Source: Clostridium sp. AN503 (GTDB lineage Bacteria; Bacillota; Clostridia; Lachnospirales; Lachnospiraceae). Taken from it: a stretch of 24,000 nucleotides of DNA. The notes under the pieces were generated by a model. It did not search any database. It worked only from the letters and a program-made list of their open reading frames with translations, and was not told the DNA's origin. Made by a program: the position numbers and the translations under genes. Each line of letters starts with the position of its first letter. Position 1 is the stretch's first letter. Location of the stretch: the NCBI RefSeq assembly GCF_040719375.1, contig NZ_JBFDTP010000001.1, positions 1 through 24,000 on the forward strand, in the 5' to 3' direction. Shown one piece after another: positions 7,639 through 14,754 of this stretch.

Positions 7639-8577
7639 TTATTTTTTTATGTAAAACATATTTCTTGCCAGCTGTATCCCCGCCTGGGCAGGGCTTTTAT
7701 CAAACACCACATAGTTGATATTTTCGTTATGCACCTGTTCTTTAAACCGTTCCCGGAACGTTTTAAGATAAAGCCATCCGTTGAAAATACTGCCGGACGT
7801 GACCATATCGATCTTCTCATCCGGCTCAAGCCCCAGCTTCTGATAGACAGCCGCCGCCATATCCGCCACCTCAAATGCGGCTGCCTTCACCACCCTTTCG
7901 CAGACAGGATTCCCACGCTCCGCCTCGTCGCTGATCATCCGGGCAGAGGAAGTGATCTCCGCGTGGTCAAAGGCTGCAATAAAATAAGGAATCTCCGTCT
8001 CTCTTTCAAGATGGTAAAATGCTTTAAGCTTGTGAAAAATACTGTCTTCCTGAAGCTGCCCGTCGCAATACCGGACCCACTCTTTTAAGACCTGTTCTCC
8101 GATCCAGTAGCCGGAGCCCTGATCGCTGAGGGGACTTCCCCAGCCCCCGCAGCGGTGGACCTTTCCCTTTTTGTCAAATCCCACGGCGATGGAGCCTGTG
8201 CCGGATATGGCGCATACGCCGGGTTGTTCTGCCACAGAACGGAATACCAGCTCTGAATCGTTGCAGATAAACACCTTGTCCATGTCAACCCGCATATGCC
8301 GGGCGATCAGGTCGTAAACCTCGTAATCCTGCTTCGTATCACAGCCGGAAACCCCTATGACGATCCCCAGGATATCCTGCGCTCTGATGTCCTGCTGAAA
8401 ACAGATTTTGTTAAAAGAATCCTTTAAGTTGGCAGTGGCCGCTTCCAGCCCTACGACTTTATAGTTGGTGCTCCCAAAAGTCTCGCTTGTGATCCGCCCC
8501 GACCTCGTGTCACAGATACAGAACTCTGTTTTCGTTCCTCCGCCGTCAATGGAAAATAAATAATTTCCCTCCCGCAC
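7639..8577 (-). CDS. BadF/BadG/BcrA/BcrD-type ATPase, N-acetylglucosamine-kinase-like sugar kinase
   Basis: The N-terminal phosphate-1 motif is FSIDGGGTKTEF, with later SGTGS and GGWG motifs typical of the ASKHA-fold GlcNAc-kinase family. It has a GTG start with GGGGGGAG upstream. Confidence 0.75.
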   Translation of the reverse strand: MREGNYLFSIDGGGTKTEFCICDTRSGRITSETFGSTNYKVVGLEAATANLKDSFNKICFQQDIRAQDILGIVIGVSGCDTKQDYEVYDLIARHMRVDMDKVFICNDSELVFRSVAEQPGVCAISGTGSIAVGFDKKGKVHRCGGWGSPLSDQGSGYWIGEQVLKEWVRYCDGQLQEDSIFHKLKAFYHLERETEIPYFIAAFDHAEITSSARMISDEAERGNPVCERVVKAAAFEVADMAAAVYQKLGLEPDEKIDMVTSGSIFNGWLYLKTFRERFKEQVHNENINYVVFDKSPAQAGIQLARNMFYIKK

Positions 8578-8596
8578 TGTTTTCTCCCCCCTTTCC

Positions 8597-9694
8597 TTAG
8601 ATGCTTCGCTTCCGTACCAGCTCTCTGGAGGTAGACAGGCCCGACAGACAGAAATTGATCAGGCCGTTGACGCCGCAGGTCTCATCACTGTTCACAAAGA
8701 TCTGCGGAAGGCTCTCCTCCGGGATAAAGCGCTTAAGCTCTTCCCTGATCCTGTGTACGGTCTCCTCACAGAACCATTTGCCCTGTAAAACCATAACCTC
8801 GGGATTGATCGTGACAATGTAGCTGATCATACCGGACACAATATACTGGATATATTTTGATGAGACCATGCCGGCGCTGTCTGCCCGGTCCTTCTGGTAG
8901 AGAAGTCCCTGAAGCTCGTCCTCAAACCAGCCTCCGCCCCGGGCATAGTCCCCGTTCCCCGGAGCCTCAAAAGGCGCCAGATAACCAAACTCACCCGCAA
9001 AGCTGCTGAACCCTTTATGAAGGCCTCCGTCTATGATGACGCCGGAACCGATCCCCTTCCCGATGTACAGATAGATCATATCCCTGCAGGTCTTTTCCAA
9101 ATGTGCGTGATAATATCCCACTGTGGTCAGCTTTACATCGTTCTCTACAAATACAGGGAGGCCATAACGCGCTGCAACCAGCTCCTCCAGCTTTAAGTTG
9201 TTCCAACCCGGCACTGCGGTGATATTCGTGACCCTCTTATCGCTTTTCACTGCGCCCGGGACGCCAATGCCGATCGCCCTCACATTGGCCTCTGATCCCC
9301 CCTTCAGCTGTTCGATGAGCGACCAGAGGCATTCCAGCGCCGCGTCACCAGTGGACGCGTCAACAGCCTCTGCCAGCTCCCGGGTCACACTGCCCACCGC
9401 GTTGACCAGATATCCGCGGAAATACCCGTCCAGATAATAAAGAACAATGATATTTCCAAAGTTTTCGTTAGCCACGTATACCCTGGCCTTTTTCCCTGAG
9501 CTGCTCCCCGTCATTCCATCCTGCCTGATGATCCCGTCTTCCTCCAGGCCATCCACAATCTTGTTCACGGTGGGCAGGCTCAAGTTTGTCTTCCTGGTCA
9601 GCTCCGGTTTCGTTATGGGCCCCTGCTGAAAAATCAAATCCTTGATAATGTCCCTGTTTACTTCTTTTAACAGTTTTGGTTGTCCTACCAGCAT
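8597..9694 (-). CDS. ROK-family transcriptional regulator (N-terminal winged HTH plus ROK sugar-kinase-like domain)
   Basis: The N-terminal segment is ITKPELTRKTNLSLPTVNKIVDGLEEDGIIRQ, and the ROK-like core includes IGIGVPGAV and GKGIGSGVIIDG...AGEFGYL. I do not see the usual CxCGxxGC zinc motif of ROK proteins. Confidence 0.8.
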   Translation of the reverse strand: MLVGQPKLLKEVNRDIIKDLIFQQGPITKPELTRKTNLSLPTVNKIVDGLEEDGIIRQDGMTGSSSGKKARVYVANENFGNIIVLYYLDGYFRGYLVNAVGSVTRELAEAVDASTGDAALECLWSLIEQLKGGSEANVRAIGIGVPGAVKSDKRVTNITAVPGWNNLKLEELVAARYGLPVFVENDVKLTTVGYYHAHLEKTCRDMIYLYIGKGIGSGVIIDGGLHKGFSSFAGEFGYLAPFEAPGNGDYARGGGWFEDELQGLLYQKDRADSAGMVSSKYIQYIVSGMISYIVTINPEVMVLQGKWFCEETVHRIREELKRFIPEESLPQIFVNSDETCGVNGLINFCLSGLSTSRELVRKRSI

Positions 9695-9712
9695 GTGTTT
9701 TGCCTCGCTTAT

Positions 9713-9767
9713 AATTAATAAACTTTATTTATTAATTACATTATAGTACTTTTCAATGATATGTCAA
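9713..9767 (-). promoter_or_regulatory. Near-consensus sigma-A promoter with a perfect 10-bp-arm palindrome (candidate operator) upstream of the ROK operon
   Basis: On the minus strand, TTGACA (9767-9762) is followed by a 16-nt spacer and TATAAT (9745-9740). Directly downstream is AATTAATAAA (9713-9722), a 5-nt spacer (cttta), then TTTATTAATT (9728-9737). This palindrome lies between the -10 and the RBS. Confidence 0.55.
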
Positions 9768-9907
9768 TATTTTGTTTTATAGATCCGATGGTTTTGTTTA
9801 TATTGTATATTTTCGCTGTATTTTTTGGTACTATTTGACGAAAGGGCAGGACTGATAGCCAGATTGATAACCTTGTTCTTAGCCGCGTTGACAGCCGGAT
9901 CGGCAGC

Positions 9908-9941
9908 AAAAAAAGAGGAGCGCCTAAGATGATCGCTCCCC
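9908..9941 (-). terminator. Rho-independent terminator after the GPH transporter gene
   Basis: The stem pairs GGAGCG (9917-9922) with CGCTCC (9934-9939). On the minus strand it is followed by a 7-T run (A-run 9908-9914 on the plus strand). It lies about 20 nt past the stop at 9961. Confidence 0.6.
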
Positions 9942-9960
9942 TTTTAAAGTATTTCCTCTA

Positions 9961-11583
9961 TTAATTTGTTTTGTACTCTACCGGCACCTGATCCATCGTC
10001 TGCCACGTCTTCATGGCTTCTTCCATGGTCATGCCCTTGGCGATCGCATCTTTTCTCACTGCGTTGACTGCCTGGATCTCCTTCATCCGCTCGCCGGTCA
10101 GGGAGTAGCCCTTCATGGCCCAGAGGGTCAGCGCCCATGCGACCATCGGCACCACGCAGAACAGGACCAGGACTACGGTCTTCATCCCCTGGGAGTAAGG
10201 CGTATCTCCGCCCGGCAGGGTGGAAAGGCCGATCGAGGCGATCGCAAATCCCACCACCGTGGAGCTTAAAGAAGACACCAGCTTGTCCACTAAAGAGAAC
10301 AGGGTTCCCATCACGCCGGGGATATATTTCCCGGAGCGGTAGGTCTCATAATCGGAGCAGTCTGCAACCATGGGGATCGGCATGTCCGCGGTGGCATAGT
10401 AGGCTCCATATCCGATCCCAAAGAACAGGATAAACAGCACCGTATAGATATTGATGTGGGACAGGGACAGGTTTACCGCCGGGTTGCCCGACCGCCAGAA
10501 CAGAAGCAGCACGAACACGCCCACATACATCACCAGCGCCAGCCCTACATACCGCATCAGGGACGCCTTCTGCCCATGTTTCTGGGAGGTGCGCACCGTC
10601 AGTGCGAAGAACGGGGCGGAAAATACATAGCCCGCGATCATCATCGGCAGGTACAGGCCATTGTAGTTGCCCATCATCGCGCCGTACAGCATACACAGGA
10701 CTGTCCCGTTGGTGGCAATGGCAAGAGCCAGCTTGCAGCCGCCGCCCGCCACCATGAGCCGTCTGAGCGGCTTGTTTTCTTTCATGATCGCAATATACTC
10801 GGAAACCTTAATCTTCTGCTGCTTCTCTTCGCCCAGCCCAAAGTATTTCGGCTGGTCCTTCTCCCAGATACCGATCACCGCCAGCACAGTTAAAAGCGCC
10901 GAGATGATGACCGCCACAGGGATCAGCGCATCGAAAAATGCCGCTGTCGTGTAGTCGCCGAACTTTGCCCGGAAGATCGGGGCCAGAAACTGGATCGCTC
11001 CCATGCCCAGCATACTTGCCACCAGGTTAAAGATCGTAAACATCGGCCGCTGGTTCGGGTCGTTGGTCAGCACGGTCTGTCCAGAACGGGTAACGGATGT
11101 CTGGAACGTATATCCGATCACATACACTGCATAAATGATCACATACATGGTGTAACGCAGCCACATCATCGTTTCCGGGATCGCGCGCGTCGCAAAATAC
11201 AAAAGGAACGCGCTCACTGCCATGATCAGGTTGCCAAGAACCATGTAGGGGCGGAATTTGCCAAAACGCCCGTTGGTCTTATCGATCATCGCACCGATGA
11301 TCGGGTCCGTCACCGCGTCAAACAGACGCATCACCGTCACCATGGTGGTGGCGAATATCAGCGCCAGGCCAAGCACCCCATTGCCATAATAAGCAATGTA
11401 GGTGATGGTCAGAATATAATAGACATTGGTCGCGCCGTTGTTAAATGGAAACAGCACCAGCTGGTAGGGCTTCGCCCTGTTCAGCCCGGAGGCCGGGGCC
11501 GCCGGGGCTGCCGCCTGTGCGCTGCCGGTGGTTTTCCCGGCCCCGGGCGTCCCGCCGGACGCCGCGCCTGTTTTCTTGCTCAT
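9961..11583 (-). CDS. MFS transporter of the glycoside-pentoside-hexuronide (GPH):cation symporter family
   Basis: The GPH signature region is RLFDAVTDPIIGAMIDKTNGRFGKFRPY, followed by about 12 hydrophobic segments. The N-terminal tail is low-complexity Ala/Gly/Pro. The track start is 11628; I prefer the ATG at 11583 (MSKK...), which lies 7 nt after GAGAGG. Confidence 0.85.
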   Translation of the reverse strand: MSKKTGAASGGTPGAGKTTGSAQAAAPAAPASGLNRAKPYQLVLFPFNNGATNVYYILTITYIAYYGNGVLGLALIFATTMVTVMRLFDAVTDPIIGAMIDKTNGRFGKFRPYMVLGNLIMAVSAFLLYFATRAIPETMMWLRYTMYVIIYAVYVIGYTFQTSVTRSGQTVLTNDPNQRPMFTIFNLVASMLGMGAIQFLAPIFRAKFGDYTTAAFFDALIPVAVIISALLTVLAVIGIWEKDQPKYFGLGEEKQQKIKVSEYIAIMKENKPLRRLMVAGGGCKLALAIATNGTVLCMLYGAMMGNYNGLYLPMMIAGYVFSAPFFALTVRTSQKHGQKASLMRYVGLALVMYVGVFVLLLFWRSGNPAVNLSLSHINIYTVLFILFFGIGYGAYYATADMPIPMVADCSDYETYRSGKYIPGVMGTLFSLVDKLVSSLSSTVVGFAIASIGLSTLPGGDTPYSQGMKTVVLVLFCVVPMVAWALTLWAMKGYSLTGERMKEIQAVNAVRKDAIAKGMTMEEAMKTWQTMDQVPVEYKTN

Positions 11584-11638
11584 ATTCATACCTCTCATTC
11601 TGTCAGATTGCTCTGCTTTCAGAATCATTCTGCTGCTT

Positions 11639-11701
11639 CAGATATTATCTGCGTCAGTTATTCTGCTGTTCCAGATATTATCTGCATCAGTTATTCTGCT
11701 G
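11639..11701. repeat. Two-copy 33-bp-period tandem repeat between the GH3 and transporter genes, each copy containing the palindrome CAGATAtTATCTG
   Basis: Copy A (11639-11668) is cagatattatctgcGtcagttattctgctg and copy B (11672-11701) is cagatattatctgcAtcagttattctgctg, 29/30 identical. Degenerate TTCTGCTG-like copies flank them at 11617-11636 and 11709-11740. Confidence 0.9.
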
Positions 11702-11708
11702 CTCCAGT

Positions 11709-14700
11709 TTACTCTGCTCCGCCATTCTGTTCTGCTTCAATTCCCGCCACGGCAAGAGCTTTTTTCCTCTTAACAGCGGTCACAAGCTGCCATACGCACA
11801 GCAGTGTCAGAAGCACACATACGGTCTTAAGCGCCACGATCGCGGTCTGCCACCACGGGGTAACGGTCTCTAACCGGTCAGATGCGGATAGATTGTTCAT
11901 GGCATTTGAATTTGCAACTGTATACAGGATCTTGTGCATTGCATCTTTCATCTCGGCAACGATAAACGGATCGTTCTCGTAGTTTGCCGCGTTGGTCTTA
12001 TGGATGGTCGGGTCCGGGCTGTCCCAGATATCGGTGCCTGCGATCAGGCCGTCGCACAGATCCATGTACTTGCTGCTGCCGGAGTAGTCGGAAATGGACA
12101 TGCCCCTCATTCCCAGCTCGCCGCGCAGATAATCGGTCTGCAGCTCGCGGTACGCGCCTGACCAGGTAGCGCCCCAGCGGTTGAAGCCGCTCATGATACA
12201 CCATGCTCCGCCATCTACGATCGCCTTGTCTGCAACCTCCAGGTAAACCTCTCTTGCGGCCTGCTCATTGATCCAGGTGTTGATGCCCATACGGCAGGTC
12301 TCGGAATCATTCAGTGCAACATGCTTCATGTAAACATATACGCCCTTGTCCTGGATGCCCTGCACTTCATTGGCGCAGATTGTCCCAGCCAGGAACGGAT
12401 CTTCGGAATAATACTCAAAGTTACGTCCGCTGTAAGGCGTGCGGTGCATATTGATGCCAGGTCCGTACAGTCCGGAATAGCCCATAGCCAGGCAGTCCTC
12501 GCCGATGCAGCGGCCCACATCGTTGATCAAGTCAATATTAAAGGTAGCTGCCATCACATCCTCAGAGGTATAGCACATAGCGGACGCGCCGCCCGTAAGA
12601 GCTGCGGTCAGACCCTGCGGGCCATTTTCATCCTTGGTGGCTTTCTTGCCGATGGACGGGATCGCCGCTGTATTGTGGAAGCCCAGGGTGATGGTCTGCG
12701 TCATCTCCTCAAAGGTAAGCTGGTCGAGCAAAGTGTTCCACATAGGATCGTCATAATCTTTGCCGATCAGGGAAGCCAGGGCCAGGCCGTTGTCCGCGCC
12801 CAGAGTCGGCATCTGCGGCATCTCATAATCCTCCGCTTTATACTGGGTGAATTCCAGGGCTTTTGCCAGTTTTTCATTGGCGCTCAGGATGATCGGCTCC
12901 TCCGGATAGGTCCCTTCCCAGTCAGAACGGCTCAGCCAGGTCACATTTCCAGGCTCTAAGGAGCTCTTGTTCGGGTCAGCCTCGTCAAACAGGTTGGTGA
13001 TCGGGGTTCCCGTTGCTTTGGAGGTTGCAAAAACAGTGGTATCCAGTTCAGGATTGCTCCATTTCCAGGTCAGCTCTGCATTTCCATCTGCATCCATGCG
13101 GCCTTCGGTATTCTCAACCGTGTAGCCCTTGGCTGCCAGGATATTGTTGGATGCGTCATGAGCGCTGGCGGCTGCGGTGAAATAATAGTCGCCTGCATCT
13201 AAAATATAGGTCTTCGCATTGTTGGAATCGTAAGCGCGCAGCTCATCTTTATCCACGGTGATAGTCAGGGTCTCGCTTGCGCCCGGAGCCAGCACCTGGG
13301 TCTTTGCAAAACCGCAAAGCTCCGCGTTTGCCTTCTCGATACCGTTTGCCCGGTCATAATCGGTGTACGGGGACTGCATATAGATCTGGACCGTCTTCTT
13401 GCCGGAATATGTATTTCCGGTGTTGGTAACTTTCACGGAAATATCAAATCCATTGTCTGTCTCTGTCACCTTGTAGTCGTCAAATGCAAAGGTGGTGTAG
13501 CTCTCTCCGTAACCAAACGGGTAAGCAACGGTGGTAGTGTAATCGTAATCACCTGCATTTTCCGTCCCCATTACCACATCTTCATAGCGGGTTTCATAGT
13601 AACGGTACCCCATGTAAATGCCTTCCTGGTATACGCCATAACGCGCTTTGATATCGGAATGTCCGTCCTCGATGCCGAATTCCGCCGCGTTCGGATAAGC
13701 CTGGGCATAGAAATTGCGGATGGCCGGGCTTGTCAGGTTGTCGTAGCAGAAGGTGTCCGCCAGACTGCCGGACGGAGTGACCGCGCCTGCAAGAAGCTGT
13801 CCCACGCCATTGATTCCGGTCTGTCCCACATCGCCGATCCACATACACGCGTCGATGCCATAATCCACGCCGCACAGCTCAGGATTTAAGAAATCCAGCT
13901 CCAGGGCATTGGAGGAGTTTAACAGCACCACGATGTTTTTAAACACGCCTGCATCCTTCTGCTTTTTCAGGCCCGCAAACAAATCCTTCTCCTCCTGGGA
14001 GAGCGCCAGATAGTTGCCGTCCCCCTCGGAGCCGTATATGTAATCAAGGCCGCTGCCGTTGTCACCGCTGGGCAGGTCTGCTCCCTCCCCGCCGGAACGG
14101 GCCAGAACTACGATGGCAGCGTCGCCATACTGGGCAAAGGAGTCCGCCGCGCCTTTTTCCACCAGATCCCACGGCACCTCATTGACCCCATATTGGGCCG
14201 GAGCGCCAAGGTCGTCTGAGATGGACTCCGGCGTCTTGCGGCTGTACTTATCCATCATATCCTTGGAAGAATAGAAATCCCAGAGCTTCTGGTTGATCTC
14301 AACTCCATTTGCATTCAGCGCATCCTTTAAGGACGGCGCGCTGGCTGTATCCACAGCGCCGGAGCCGGTTCCGCCGTACATTAAATCCACGGAGCCATGG
14401 GCAAACAGGCTGACCTTTGCTCCTTTTGCAAGGGGCAGGGCTTTGTTGTCATTTTTCAAAAGCGTAGCGCCCTCCGCCTCGACTGTGGCACAAAGGGCTT
14501 CCTCGTATGTTTCCCGCTCCTCATCGGATGCAAAATCACTCTTAAAATACTCGGTATCCTCAGTGGAATCTCCCTTGATGATCTTGTAAGTGTCCGTCCC
14601 CAACGCCACGTTGATGGTGGTGGTATAGCGGTTTGCGATGGATCCGCCCACAAAGGATCCGATGGTCAGGGCCGCCGTCAGGACGGTCAGGGCCGACCAT

Positions 14701-14726
14701 GTTTTTACTCTCGGTTTCTTACTCAT
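11709..14726 (-). CDS. Glycoside hydrolase family 3 (beta-glucosidase/xylosidase-like), permuted domain order, N- and C-terminal membrane anchors
   Basis: The first half has GH3 C-domain-like sequence (ATLLKNDNKALPL...VVLLNSSNALE) followed by a Fn3-like part (YPFGYGESYTTF...VKVTNTGNTYSGKKTVQIYM). The second half has TIM-barrel motifs (GINMHRTPYSGRNFEYYSEDPFLAG, KHVALNDSE, MSISDY). Hydrophobic anchors are TWSALTVLTAALTIGSFVGGSIA and IVALKTVCVLLTLLCVWQLVTAV followed by KRKK. I prefer the start at 14726 (GGAGG 9 nt upstream) over the track's 14771. Confidence 0.85.
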   Translation of the reverse strand: MSKKPRVKTWSALTVLTAALTIGSFVGGSIANRYTTTINVALGTDTYKIIKGDSTEDTEYFKSDFASDEERETYEEALCATVEAEGATLLKNDNKALPLAKGAKVSLFAHGSVDLMYGGTGSGAVDTASAPSLKDALNANGVEINQKLWDFYSSKDMMDKYSRKTPESISDDLGAPAQYGVNEVPWDLVEKGAADSFAQYGDAAIVVLARSGGEGADLPSGDNGSGLDYIYGSEGDGNYLALSQEEKDLFAGLKKQKDAGVFKNIVVLLNSSNALELDFLNPELCGVDYGIDACMWIGDVGQTGINGVGQLLAGAVTPSGSLADTFCYDNLTSPAIRNFYAQAYPNAAEFGIEDGHSDIKARYGVYQEGIYMGYRYYETRYEDVVMGTENAGDYDYTTTVAYPFGYGESYTTFAFDDYKVTETDNGFDISVKVTNTGNTYSGKKTVQIYMQSPYTDYDRANGIEKANAELCGFAKTQVLAPGASETLTITVDKDELRAYDSNNAKTYILDAGDYYFTAAASAHDASNNILAAKGYTVENTEGRMDADGNAELTWKWSNPELDTTVFATSKATGTPITNLFDEADPNKSSLEPGNVTWLSRSDWEGTYPEEPIILSANEKLAKALEFTQYKAEDYEMPQMPTLGADNGLALASLIGKDYDDPMWNTLLDQLTFEEMTQTITLGFHNTAAIPSIGKKATKDENGPQGLTAALTGGASAMCYTSEDVMAATFNIDLINDVGRCIGEDCLAMGYSGLYGPGINMHRTPYSGRNFEYYSEDPFLAGTICANEVQGIQDKGVYVYMKHVALNDSETCRMGINTWINEQAAREVYLEVADKAIVDGGAWCIMSGFNRWGATWSGAYRELQTDYLRGELGMRGMSISDYSGSSKYMDLCDGLIAGTDIWDSPDPTIHKTNAANYENDPFIVAEMKDAMHKILYTVANSNAMNNLSASDRLETVTPWWQTAIVALKTVCVLLTLLCVWQLVTAVKRKKALAVAGIEAEQNGGAE

Positions 14727-14754
14727 ACTGCTTTTCCTCCTATTTTCATGTTGC

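Noticed and set aside
9929-9964. 11-codon sORF (MIAPLLKYFLY) with an AGAGGAG RBS, downstream of a TTGACA at 9889-9894
   Set aside because: It coincides with the terminator hairpin of the transporter gene. No -10 partner accompanies the TTGACA. The RBS-like sequence is simply one arm of the stem.
11617-11720. Possible CRISPR array, given short repeats in an intergenic region
   Set aside because: There are only two good copies. They are directly adjacent with a 3-nt gap and no spacers, and no cas genes are present. This is a tandem duplication, not a CRISPR array.
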